The notes under the pieces are model-generated. The model worked only from the letters and a program-made list of their open reading frames with translations, was not told the DNA's origin and searched no databases. Below are positions 1-11,716 of a DNA stretch of 64,000 nt, in pieces. Every line of letters starts with the position of its first letter. Position 1 is the first letter of the stretch. A program made the position numbers and the translations under genes. The DNA is from Vicugna vicugna (Eukaryota): contig MU058009.1 in assembly GCA_013265495.1 (NCBI GenBank), positions 3,985,780 to 4,049,779 of the forward strand, written 5' to 3'.

Positions 1-1180
1 GGCTGGGACTGCTCAGTCGATAAGCGACCTGGCAGGAAATTGCTATAAACAAAGTGCAGCGTCTTTAATTCAGGTGTGGGCTGAGGACAGGGCACCGACC
101 CACAGGGATTCGTGATCAGACGCATCGGCTGCAGGTTGTTTCCCCGACTTCTTCCGACAGATACATCCCCTGAGCAGAGCCACGTACACAGAGATGAGCT
201 CTCTGCCCTCCTGCTTGGTTTGCCCATTCACAGGCTGTCGTCCACACCACAGCCGGCTTGATGCTGTTGGCAGGTGAGCACGTCCCTCCCGAGGGCCCTG
301 AGCGCCCACATCTGAGCTGAGCTGTTACCTGCCTTCACCCCGGGGAGCCGCCCTGCACCTGCTCAGTAGGCTGCTCCCCCGAGCCCAGAGGAGTGGGTTC
401 TGATTTCAGGTTGCGTGTGGTTACTGTCGTCAGGTGGATCTGAATAATGGTTACGTGAAAGCCAACGGCCCAGCAGAGGCCCCGGTGTTCAGGAGCTTTG
501 GTTCCGTGCAGCACGAGGGCCCTTGGAGTCAGAGATCTGCCAGCTCTCGGGCAGCAAAGGGGCCTGGAGCGAATGGGGTCCGGAACCCGCGCTGCACAGG
601 CGTAGAACAGGAGCCCTGAGTGATCACATGACGTGCTGCTCACAAGGCGCTGCTCTTACTAACGGAAAAGTGTATTTTTATTGTTTGTATTTTGGGGCTA
701 ACATTTCCATTCAGCGTGGCCTTGTCCTTTAGTAAACCTAATGAAGGGTATTTCTCTCCAAATTCGGGGGAGAGGGCTGGCTTGTCCTGTGATTATCTCT
801 AGAATCGCTGTGTCTGTCCCCAAACTCCTTTGCTGAGTTAAAAGCTCTTCACACCTCGGCGGGTCTGCAAGCCCCCGGGCTGGGAGGAGCACGCGCTGTG
901 TCCGGGGCCGGGCCGGGGGCGCTCGGGAGGCCTCCCGCCTCTGCAGCACGGCTCAGCGTCCCTCCTCCGGGCCTCTTCCGCGTACACAGCTCTAGGAGCA
1001 GCATTCCGGACACACTGTCACCCTTGTCCTATCGGGCAGTGAGTTGCTTGAGGGCAGGCGCCATCCCCGGCCCGGAAGAGCCACAAAGGCAGGATTAAAA
1101 ATAACTTCGTCAAATGACAGGCGTAAAAATGGCCCGTGCATTACTCAAAACGTTGGTAAAATAAAAAGGGAAACAATGGA

Positions 1181-1215
1181 AGAGGGAGAGAGAGAGAGAG
1201 CAAGAGGGAGAGAGA
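1181..1215. repeat. (GA)n microsatellite / purine-rich tract
   Basis: The sequence agagggagagagagagagagcaagagggagagaga is read directly. Confidence 0.9.
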
Positions 1216-1284
1216 AGCAAAAAGGAGGAAAAAAACGTCCTCTTGGTGGGCGATCTAAGGGAGGCTTAGGTCGCTTTCCGTTTT

Positions 1285-1475
1285 GTCTCCCAAATCGATG
1301 CGCCTGCCGGAGCCGCGCTGAGGGCGCGCCCCGCGCTGGGGCCGAGCGGCTCTGTGGCCGGCGGCCGGGCTCGCTGGCAGCCCGTCCTTCATGTTCTGGA
1401 ATGGAGAGAAGGGCGGGCACCGACGGAGAGGGGAGTGGGGAGGCTCCCCGCGGGGCCCCGGGCTGCGTGCAGTTG
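1285..1475. promoter_or_regulatory. Small orphan CpG-rich cluster
   Basis: Dense CpG (gcgcctgccggagccgcgctgagggcgcgccccgcgctggggccgagcgg...) against a lower-CpG background; no associated exon was recognised. Confidence 0.5.
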
Positions 1476-1990
1476 GCAGTTGTCTGTGCTTTGAAGCCTC
1501 CAGCTCCGGGAACTTCAAACAGGGAGAGGACCCACAGATCATCTACGGGGAATTAATGCCTAACGGGGCTCAAAACTGCTCTCTCTGCCCCCTTACTCTC
1601 CTGTCTGCTCGTGACGGTATTTACTTTCTGAACACACGGAACGTCCGATACAATAGAGGCTCCCACACCCCAGATTTTTCTAACACAGAAAACCTTGTAT
1701 CTCTACCACCCATCTTGACTATTTCCTTCTTTTGCTCCACTTTGGATGGTTCCTTTCTCTGGGTTTTGGAAGGTCCCCTGAGGTGTACACGAGGTTTGAG
1801 GAGAGCTAGGCAGGCAGAGGGGACGCCCCTGCCCTGCCCTGAAGACGCCCCTGGATTCACGCTCAGACACAGTGCCTGCTGGGTCAGAAGCAGGTCCCCT
1901 CCCCCTGCCTGGATAGAAACCCACACATCCCAGGATCTTTCCCTTGATCTGATTGCTGGAGTGGACAGACTTCCCTTGGATCATACCTTG

Positions 1991-2078
1991 CCTGCATCCA
2001 TCCACCCATCCAACCAACCATGCGTCCATTTCCCCACCCGTTTATCTATCTCCCCACCTATCCATCCATCCATTCACT
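1991..2078. repeat. Degenerate (CCAT)n simple repeat
   Basis: Repeated catcca/ccat units are visible. Confidence 0.75.
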
Positions 2079-2104
2079 TGAACATGCGGGCAGGTAGTCC
2101 ATCT

Positions 2105-2205
2105 AGAAACATTTTCAGATCATCTACTATATACCCAAAGCTCTGCTAGATGCTGGCAGTAAGAGAAAAATAATGTGTGGTGCTGCCCTCACAGAGCACG
2201 TGTTC
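2105..2205 (-). mobile_element. L2 LINE 3' fragment
   Basis: ctactatatacccaaagctctgctagatgctgg...tgctgccctcacagagc resembles the reverse complement of the L2 3' end (remembered consensus). Confidence 0.5.
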
Positions 2206-2464
2206 ACACAAGAAAAGACCCACAAGCAGACCGCTTCCTTACGCCACCCTCTTGCCTTTGATGCGTAGAGGTTAACCAGTTCTCACGTTCTCCTTCAGGC
2301 CCCTCCGTAGAGCCCTATTTCCACATCACTTAGGGTGACCTGCTCAGCCCCGCACTGCCCAGGCCTTCCCGGTTTGGGCCCTGAAAACCTCCTTTTCTGG
2401 GAAGTTCTCCAGTCTCAGGCAAACCACGATGGTGTACCCAGCCCCCTCCCCCTCCCCCACGCAC

Positions 2465-2621
2465 CCAGGAGACCTCAGCGTCGCCTGGGGACTGGCCAGA
2501 AGTGCAAATTCCTGGGCTCTGCCCCTGACCCACTGAATCAGAAACTGTACACAGCACACTGCCTGTATTTTCACGAGCTCTCAAGGTGATTCTGAGGCAC
2601 CTGAAAGTTGAAGAACCTCTG
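2465..2621 (+). mobile_element. MER5A-like hAT-Charlie DNA transposon remnant
   Basis: aagtgcaaattcctgggctctgcccctgacccactgaatcagaaact...caaggtgattctgaggcacctgaaagttgaagaacctctg closely follows the remembered MER5A consensus, including the terminal GAGAACCACTG-like end. Confidence 0.8.
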
Positions 2622-3084
2622 TTCTAAACTGGTTCTGGCTTCTGGCCCATCGGTATTTTTCTCTCAGGAATCCTGTACATGACTGTCCAGATGATTTGAT
2701 AAACTAACTATAGCCAGGTGCTCACGGCGATAGTGTATTCCCTGAACTAATAATAATTAATACAGAAATAAGCGAGCAAGCAGCCCCGCAAATGAGACGT
2801 GGTGGCTGAGGTGGGCTACGCGGCAGCAGGAAGCTGAGAAGACACACCTGGCAGCCCAGGGATGTTTCCCCTCGAAAGGGCAGCGTTCATGGGACACCAA
2901 AGTAGAGCCAAGCCCTGCGTGGGCTGCCTGGAAGCTGTCCCCCTTTCCAGATCATATTTTTTCTGAGTTCTGTGATGCTTTTGTGGAGAGTCTCGGTGGT
3001 GTTTGCTCTTCTATATTTGGAGAAAGTATTTGGAGAACCATCTACTTTGTCTACATATGGAGCCAGTTCCAGGAACCACGCTGG

Positions 3085-3260
3085 GAGTGAGAGAACCAGG
3101 CCTGTCATCTCAGCCTGGACACCGGTAATCTTGAGCGAGTAATTTAGCCATTCTGGACCTCACTTCTTTCATCCATTCGTAGGTATCATAACCCTTTGCC
3201 CTTCCCGAAGACACTGTGAAGCAGGTTCTTTGGAAATCTACGTCATGGCAAATGGTTGTT
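3085..3260 (+). mobile_element. MIR SINE (diverged)
   Basis: gtaatcttgagcgagtaatttagccattctggacctcacttctttcatcc aligns by eye to the MIR core gtgaccttgggcaagtcacttaacctctctgagcctcagtttcctcatct. Confidence 0.55.
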
Positions 3261-3834
3261 TCTGCGATGATTGATGCACACACTTCTAGGTGGTGTGTGA
3301 TGACACGGGGTGTGGATGATTGATACACACCCCTATTGAAGAAGTAATTTATTTATTTTTTCTGGAATCATGTGGAAATGGCAGTAGTAGAAATTATACA
3401 TGGGAGGACCTGGGGCAGATGTAAGCAAGTTAGGAAGGTGCCCCGGACACGGTGGGGCCCTTTGTGACGAGGCTGTTTCTTAGGGTCACAAGGAAAGCGT
3501 TAATAACAATAGAAGAACCTCACAGCCCAAGTCTCAGAGTGGGAGCTGTGTTTCCCGGAGTCGCTCCTGAGCGTACAGACCGGAAGGGCGTGAGCTGTAG
3601 ATACAGGGACGGTCTCCGACCTGTGTTCCTGGTGATGGTGTTTCAGGTGTGAGGTGCCCAGAACACGGCACACACCGGCCGCTTCCCTTAGGCCACTACC
3701 ATGTGTGTGAGAAGGTACAACAACAGAAAACACATTTTGAACAAAAGACTATGTCTGTCATCCCTGGGCACTTAGAGGCCCTGAACACGGGGATGCGATC
3801 TCTAGGGGAGGGGACTGCTCCCTGTGGATGGTGT

Positions 3835-4165
3835 GGGGCAGGAAGGCCTTTCTGAGCAGGTGGCATTTGAGCTGAGATCTGGAAGACGACAGGAGGCCAG
3901 GACCGAAAAGAGCAGCGGAAACTGTATTCAGGGGCTCAAGTCCTGCCGGGGAAGCCGCGGGGCCGGTGGGCTCTGAGCGCCGGGGGTGGGGGTGGGGGTG
4001 GAGAGGAGCTCGGGGAGATGGAGAAGGGGCAGGTCCAGCCAAGGTCTTTGGAGTTGGGGGTTTATTTTAACGTCCATGGGAAGACATTGGAGGTTTTGAA
4101 GTAGGGTGAAGGTTTAATCCATTGTCCAAGTGCATTACTTCGGAAGGTGAAGGCGGCCTGGACGG
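3835..4165 (-). mobile_element. L2 LINE fragment
   Basis: ggaaggcctttctgagcaggtggcatttgagctgagatctggaag and tttattttaacgtccatgggaagacattggaggttttgaagtagggtga are typical antisense L2 motifs. Confidence 0.7.
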
Positions 4166-4524
4166 GTGGTGTCGCGGCTTTCCCTAGTTCTGCGCCGTCT
4201 GGTGACATACGCCCTGTTTGCAAAAGCTTGTTGAAGCTGCCGTGTTGGGCATCCGGAGAGCAGCAGTGGGACCAGCGTGACGCCCGCGGTCGGTGGGGAG
4301 GGAGGCCTGGAGGGGGCCCCAGCCAGCTGCGGTGCTGGGCAGGGAATGAAGCGGGCAACCATCAGAGCCAAGAGGCACCGCGCGCAGCTCAGAAATGGTA
4401 AATTTAGAGCAATTAAAGTGAAGCACTCCTTTACCCAGCAGGCAGTGAGTGCACGCAACCTGTTACCCCAAGACGTGGCGCCGGCTGACAATCTAAAGAG
4501 GTTGGAAGAAAGTGGACGCAGTGA

Positions 4525-4539
4525 GTTGCTAAGGGAAAC
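4525..4539. promoter_or_regulatory. RFX X-box-like site GTTGCTAAGGGAAAC
   Basis: Matches GTTGCY-N(1-3)-GGNAAC, with further half-sites nearby at 4455-4467 and 4649-4666. Confidence 0.4.
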
Positions 4540-5179
4540 CAGGTTATTTTGGACACATCCAGAGCGCTGAGATATTAATTTGGAGCAAAGTAGCTATGGC
4601 CTCCCCGTACCAACTTCAAGAGCCACAGAGGACTGCAAATTCCCCGCTGTTACCCTGGTTGGCAACTTCCGCATTTTAAATTTCCCACCCCCTACCGCCA
4701 AGCCCAGGTCCTCCTCATCCCAACAGAAAATTAATAAAATGAAACAAAACACAAGGCAAACCTTTCTTTCGACACTGGCATTCTTCAAACTACCAGACTT
4801 TTTCCTTTTTCCTGTTACCGCCAAACCTTCTTAAGCAGCCGCACCCCCTTGCTAGGCGTCCTGTCCTGCCCTCCACTGACATCGTCCTAAAAACCCCATT
4901 TAAATATCGGTCTCAAGGATGGTCAAAGCCCCTACTGCCAAATGCGCTGGGGTCTCTTGTCTCGTCTCTTCTTTCCTGCTGGCAGCACTAGGAGAACTGT
5001 GCCCCCTGCAGATTTGAGACCCTTGCCTCCCTCCATGAGCTGTGGCCTCCTTGGGGACGGGGGTGGTGCCTATTTATCCTCACATCTTTAGATACTTCCT
5101 TAAAGCCGGACACATGGTACATGCTTGTGAAATATTATTTAATCAGATTATGTATAAAATGATCTATGGTGTTCACAGC

Positions 5180-5241
5180 CAGGTCCCCATGCCTGGCAGA
5201 CGGTGGATGCCAGGAAATGTTTGTTGAGTGAACGAATGAAG
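5180..5241 (+). mobile_element. L2 3' terminal fragment
   Basis: gcctggcagacggtggatgccaggaaatgtttgttgagtgaacgaatgaa resembles the L2 tail ...aataaatatttgttgaatgaatgaa. Confidence 0.55.
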
Positions 5242-5659
5242 GAACTCTTGGGCCGATGAGACAGTCAGAGCATGTCCGTCGCGCCGCCCTGAGGGGCAGC
5301 CCTGCGTTAGGTGCACCGGCGTTACTCCGATTGCGCTCTGTAGGTCTGCAGTCCTGACCGGTAGGAAAGATTGAAATATTTGGAAGTTAAGGTTTCAAGA
5401 AAGCTCTTACTCATTTCAAATTGCATAGAGGGCTGAAAATCTGGAGCTTCTGAACCACACTCGTGGTATCACGGAGGGGTGGTCCCACGTGTGTGACTAG
5501 GAACTCAGGGACTGGGGGACGATTAGAGACTGTCTCGTGTCCCTGTCAAAAGGTCCCCTTTGGGGCCTGCCGTATCATTTCCCCTTTTCAGCCACACTTC
5601 ACAAGTCTAACAATACCGGGTGGGGGGGTCACTGTGTCTGAGATGTAGCTCGTCTTCGT

Positions 5660-5790
5660 GAAGAGCACACTGGGTGAGGTCCTGACTCCGTCACCTACCA
5701 GTTTTGTGGCTTGGGCACGTGGCTTAAACTCTCCGCCCCTCAGTTTCATCCTCTAAACAATAGGGGTTAGTATTTCCTATTGCCTATGGC
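5660..5790 (+). mobile_element. MIR SINE
   Basis: tgtggcttgggcacgtggcttaaactctccgcccctcagtttcatcctctaaacaataggggttagta matches the MIR core. Confidence 0.7.
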
Positions 5791-8324
5791 ACCCCATTCT
5801 GGGTTTTAGCTGAAAGCCGTGTCCGTGCGGGGCTTTGCGCACACTCGCGCTCCGCTCGCGCTCGCCCAACTGCCTGAGGACGACCGTGCTGTTGGCCACG
5901 GCCGTGAGGATGGGCTCGGAGGCGCTTTGCGCTTCCATTTCAGAAGCCCCCCGCCTCTTTTTCTCTCTTTCTCTTTCTCTTTCTGAGACTATTAAAGGCT
6001 GTTCTCATGCGCGAGGACATTTTGCCCCTGCTTTCTCACTTCCTCGCCACTCCCCTGACTCTGCAGGCCCCTGGGCAAGAAGAAATGTGTTTCTTGTACA
6101 CGGGTAACTGCAACGTCCGTGCGAGAGCGAGCTCGTCACTGCTTGGGGCGCTGCGTCTCTATCGGGCCCAGGCTCCCACCTGCAGCCTCCGGCAGGATCA
6201 AAAATAAATCTCAGAAGCAGCTGTGAGATTCAGGGCTGAGGGGGGCACAAGGACCAGCTGGAGCATCTTCACGGGAGGAGGTGTGTGGAGGGGCCGCCAG
6301 ACCACCTCAAGCTTGGAGATGCCCTGGGAAGACGCGCAGGACTTGGCACACAGCGGGCTCCTTAGTGAGCGTTCTCACAGAGACAGTGGGCTCCACGGTG
6401 AGCCGCCGCCCACGGGGCCACGCAGGGCTCCCTCAGTGTCTGCCCCGGGGAGCCCAGGAGAGACTCAGGGCCCGGGGTCCTACGGGGGGCTGTTCATGTA
6501 GGCGCCCTCTGCCTCCGGTGTCCTAACATCCCAGGCTCCCAGAGGGAGACCAGGTGTCCAGCACGAGCCACACGCTCTGCACAAACGGTGCAGGCACAGA
6601 CAAAGGTGCTTCTGTTACAGAGCGGTGAGCTCCCTCCCAAAATCCAGGTTCCCCGACACCAGACAAGGGTCAGCCTTGCAATCAGGTATTTCCAAGGCCC
6701 GCTGAGTTCACTCCTTTCTGCAGAGGGTCATCCGTTCCCTAGAAAACACTGCTGTTGTCCACCTGCTGGCTCAGGCCTGCATGACTTCTGAGCCAGTCCT
6801 GCCCGGGGTGGGAAGTTCATCGAGAGCCCTGTGGTCCACGCAGTTGGATGACCCAGAAGGAACTCCAAGGGGCTGGGCCTTCCCCGTCCCACAGCTCAGT
6901 CTCACTTCCCTCCGTCACACACACACCGTTCCGCCATCAGGCCTGGGCCCCCTCCTGAGTTCTCACCTGCTCCCCCTCGGGTGGTCATGGGCCTGCCTCC
7001 TTCCCCTGGTTTCACGCCCCTCACGGACACACATCTCTCCCCTATGTCTTCCTCGCTTTGTGCTGGGTGCCAGAGGTCATGCTAATGCCAGTGGTAAGTC
7101 AGCTGAGGCTGCCTGATGCCCACGCTGGGCTGCCCCTGTACCCCGGCCGCCTCCCTCTGACTTGGCTGTAACTAGAGTTGAGCCCTACTTGCCGTGGGCT
7201 TTGCACCCTGTCCACTGATTTCCAGCCCTTCCTGGGGCTCCATCTCAGTACCACGGAGCTCCTCAGCGTCACACCTGGCTTCCTGGCTCCCCCGTGGGAA
7301 CCTCATTACCACCACTCAGCACACCTTTTTTGAACGAAGCCCCCCCCCCCCGCTCTGTTCCATGAGCTCCCTGGCTAAGTCCTAACAGCATCACCAAACA
7401 TGATAACTGCAGGACCACACTGTCCCGTCCCCACTTGTGGGAAACCCCGCAGACCGGTGTGACCTGTCCCTAACTGTGCACCCCCAGCAGTCTTTGCAAA
7501 TTAGGACAAGAGCCCCAGCATGGCGGAGCAGGGGTCCCCCCGCCACTCCCCCAGCACCTCCTTCCTCTCACTCCCCCTGGCCCGTCTCACCCCGGCCTCA
7601 AATCTCTTGCCTCCTGTCTCCCTGTCTGTTCATCCTCCTGTGTCCTCTATCTTTCCTTCCGTGATGAAAATTAAGGGAAAAAAACAGGTTGATAGATTTT
7701 CCGATAACCTTCCAGAAAGTCTCACCGGGTTACGTTTTGCTTTAATAGCATTTAAGCCAATCTGCCTGATGTTGCTGTAAAGGTCAATTAAATCCACCCT
7801 AAAAATTTCACTTCTGGCTCATTATACAATTGGAAAATGAATTAGGAGCACATGCTGCCCCTGAGGTGTCTGATATTTCACTAATGAATATGTCTTCAAA
7901 GGCAGGAAGAAAAAAAGAAGGTGTGGTCGCCCCCCAGCTGCTGGCAGCCCTACTGGCCGCTCAGGCCACGGCCACGGGCAGCGGCTTGAGACAAGCGGGT
8001 GCCGGGGGGTGAGTCCGCCTCCTCCCCGCGTTTGGAGGTGTCCCCGCCTCCTGAACGCCTAGGGGTACGGTCAGCCCCTCCGTGCCCTCTCTGTGTACCC
8101 GGAGCCGGCCTTCGACCCCAGGTGAGACGTGTCACTCACCTTCCTCCCTCCTGGCTGCTCTCAGTGTCGGCTCAAGGACAAGTTCAGTTTAAGATCAGCT
8201 GAAATAAAAAGTGGCTCTGAAGCTCACTCTGTCAGGAACTTCGGGGCACATGCATTGCAAAGCCAGTTATCAGCTGACCTGGGGCTTCCCGGATTCTGAC
8301 CATGTGGAGGGGCGCGGCCGCTGT

Positions 8325-8338
8325 CCAGCAGGGAGCAG
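8325..8338 (+). promoter_or_regulatory. CTCF-like motif CCAGCAGGGAGCAG
   Basis: One mismatch to CCASYAGRKGGCRS. This is a motif match only. Confidence 0.25.
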
Positions 8339-8699
8339 GGTGTGGAGCAGAGTGTGCGCTTCTGGCTTAACTGGGGCCAGCGGTTTGGGGACACAAAGGG
8401 AAATCTGCCTCTGACTTAGGGGAGTCATTTTTAACTGGCCCCTCCTCCCCCCACTAAAAATTGAGCCGCCAGACAAGATGGTGGCTTCCACGGAGCAGAA
8501 CAGCCCTGTGGAGACTTCCACCCACGGGGTTTATGTTTCGAGTAGGAGGCTCATTCATCTATTTGCTCATTCAGATTGTTGAGGGACGTGTCACAGCCAG
8601 AACTGATCTTGGGAAGGGAGACAGGCCCACACGTCCTGAACTACAGCGCCACCTCAGGATGTACCAAGATTTCCTTTAAGTACAGTTATATCTAGGATG

Positions 8700-8783
8700 T
8701 TTTTAATTTTATGTTTTACTGAAGTGTAGTCGGTTTACAATGTTAGTTTCAGGCATGCAGCAGAGCGATTCAGTTACACATAT
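8700..8783 (-). mobile_element. L1 extreme 3' end (cetartiodactyl-type), heavily truncated
   Basis: A T-rich tail followed by tactgaagtgtagtcggtttacaatgttagtttcaggcatgcagcagagcgattcagttacacatat. Confidence 0.8.
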
Positions 8784-11700
8784 GAAGTTATTTAAAAAAG
8801 GAGTTTCCATATTTAAGTATCTAGTTTCAAAACGGGCCCTGACATCCAGTTTCGCTCACACTGGGGCTCTGGATGAGCAGCCGAGGCCATGACTAGTCCG
8901 CTTGCGTGAAACTGCCAGCTGGTTTTCTGTTTTGGGGCAAGATGGCTCCGAATCCTGCCATGTGAGTTACTGGATGTCTGCCTTAAGGTTTAAGGCATAA
9001 TCTGTAAACCTCAGCTGACTTAACTAGGATACACGGAGACAATCTCTCACGTCCTTCCGGGAGAGGGGTGACCTGTGGTTCTCATCCCGTGACCCACAAA
9101 TCACCATGAAGGCTGTTAGAATCTCACAGCCGGAAGGCACAGTGAGGTCCTCGCGCAGAGCTTGCCTTCAGGGTGGGGAAACCGTGGAGGCTCCCTCCCT
9201 CCCGTGGTTAGCACGAGGACCAGCCACGCTTCCCTGGGGTCTCTGGACTCTGAGACCGGGCGCTCCCTTCCGCCTGCCGCTGGCCGCCTCCATTCGTAGA
9301 ATCGTGTTTCGCGTGTGAACGGTGCTCTTGGAGACGGAGGTGATCGTGCCGCGTGCTGAGGTGGCCGGTCAGGCAGCGGGGACAGGTGGGGCTGTCTCTG
9401 AATCCCAGGCAGAGGTCCCCCTTCGCTGGCCTGGGCTCCTGTGAGCCCACCTCTGAGAGGGTCTCATTCGCGTTCTTTCTTGCATCTCCTCATCTCCTGG
9501 TGCCTGGACCTTCTTGTCCTTCATCTCAGACCTATGCTAGGAGATGCTCTTGGGGTCCCGCTGACGCTGTGTGACAGCGAGCTGAGCCCTTTCAGGGTCC
9601 CCAAGAACTGCCAATGGAAGTCACCTGGCCACTGCCTCCCTTCACTGACTCCCAGGTGTCCAGCCTTGGAGATCCAGAAACAGGAACCAGCGTGAAAGCC
9701 ACGGGCTAAAGACTGATGATGGCACTGGGGGGCGGTTTCTTTCCCTCTTTCTATGCCCAGCCTGCAAACCACAGCTGTGAGGGTGCAGAGCCTCCCCGCT
9801 CCTGTTCCACGAAGCCAGGACCGGGGGCACCGTGAGCCTGGACTCCAGTTCTGCCGCCCGCTCCTCCCTAAAAAGTCATCTGTGGGCTCAGAATCTCCTG
9901 TTCTCCATGAGCACGACCTCAGGCTGCCGCGTGGGCTGGGAGGGCTGGCCTGAGCTTGTGGGGCTGGTTAAATTTAGGAAGCCATTCTGATGCAGTCTTG
10001 TTTAAAAATCAGAGCTATTTATACCAACGTGACCTAAGACAATCAGATTTCAGATAAACCAGCGCAGGTCCTGAGAGTGAGCCTGATGAATCTGGGGTCC
10101 ACGCAGGAATGGGGTGGGCAAAATGGAATGAAATGCAAGGGGCGCCTCGGTTTGTGCTGCTGGGAAGGCGGGGGGGGAGAAGAAAGGGAGGACAGAGGGA
10201 GGAAGAGGACTGACAGTCGCAGGCGGTGGGGAGGGGGCGCTGGTCAAGCTCAGAATTACCCTGGACACAGGAATGGAAGAACCGAAATCTCCAGAAGGTT
10301 ACGCATCCTTCTTGAAGTGTAAGCAGGTAGGGAAGAAAAGGAGGGAGGCATGAGAGACCCAATCAGTCAGTGGGGGCAGAGCACATCGGGGAGAAAGCCT
10401 CAGATCACGTCTCTGCCCGAGGCAGGGCTTCGGGCCGCTCGAGTTTTGTCGAGGGAGGGCGTGGCTGCAGCGCTGCTGGCCAGCGGAGTGGGCAGGAGTG
10501 ACCCGAGAGAGCCTCTCTGGACTAACCAGTTTCAATTAAGACTGTAACAGAGGGTAATTATGATTTTAAACCTGCCTCTCAGACTCACTCTCCCTCTTGC
10601 TCTAAACGGATCGCTTAATGGTCCCAGTGCAAGGCTCTGAAACACTGGAGGTTTCCTATTATTTCTTTGCCTCCAGCAGGGACCAGGGACTTCCAGACTG
10701 CTGGGTTTCAAGGGAGAGCAGGAACAGCGAAGCTCTCTTTTCTCTTTCGCAGAAACAAAGACTTAGCATTTGGAGAACGCTCGATTTTGATTTTGATACA
10801 GCGGGGCCTTCTACTGCGTCAAAGAGTTTCGCTGCCTGCCGTCTCTGACCAGGATTACCTGGCTTTGTCTGAACGTGGCCGGCGGCACGGAGCTTGTTAC
10901 CTCCGGTCCTTTGTTGGGGAGCTCTCAGAGTCGGAACGTCCCTCTGGACAGTGAGCTGACTTCCGCCCCTTGCTAATCCCCATGCTGCAGCCTCCGCCCT
11001 GCCTTGTACGGGCGGCTTCTGGGCTTCAGCCACTCGGGGCCGTCTGGTTCCAGCAGCAGCTGCACCTGGGAGGCAGGAGAGCTGGTGCGTCGCGCGGTCC
11101 TCTCCCCCAGGGGCGACTGGGCTCTGGGACTCTTCCTGCCACCGCCCAGCGCTTGCCGGATGACCAGGGACACAGAGACAGTGCTGTGCTCACTCCATCG
11201 CTGCTGTGACACAGCGTGCAGGTCCCTGGAAGGCAGGCATTCTTGCCTCATTTCCCAACGATGCGGAGACTCGGGAAGGGCTGGGCAGCCCCCTCACGGG
11301 CACACGGCCAGCGAAGGGCAGAAGCCAACATTCAAACAAGGGTCGGTTAGGCTCCCCAGCAGTTGTCCTGCATCACACCAGGCAAAATTTGGAACTCACG
11401 GTTGACCAAGTAGGAATGTGCCTCTGACTGTCCTACAATAGCCATTTAAAGTTGGGGTGTCCAGGGAAATCCAGAATCTGCTGTGTTTACACGGACTAAG
11501 CTTTTCCAAAGATAATCCCCGCACTTGCTTAGCCAGCCCAGCACATCCCTCCCGCTCTGCACCTGACAGCTGGTTAAAACAAACCAACGGGCAAGGCAGT
11601 GCCCGCAGAGCCCGGGTGCGGCCGTGCCCATGTGCTCGGCCCGGCCTGGGGGCTCACTGCCCCCCCACACCCTGCCTGTCCCCGCGCGTGCAGGCCCGTG

Positions 11701-11716
11701 CACACACACACACACA
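11701..11716. repeat. (CA)8 microsatellite
   Basis: Read directly. Confidence 0.9.

Noticed and set aside
2887-3328. Two adjacent minus-strand ORFs that looked enzyme- or transposase-like
   Set aside because: They largely overlap a sense MIR; there is no recognisable domain and no splice support.
3968-4001. G-quadruplex-like G5 runs
   Set aside because: There are only three closely spaced G-runs, and such runs are common in this GC-rich window.
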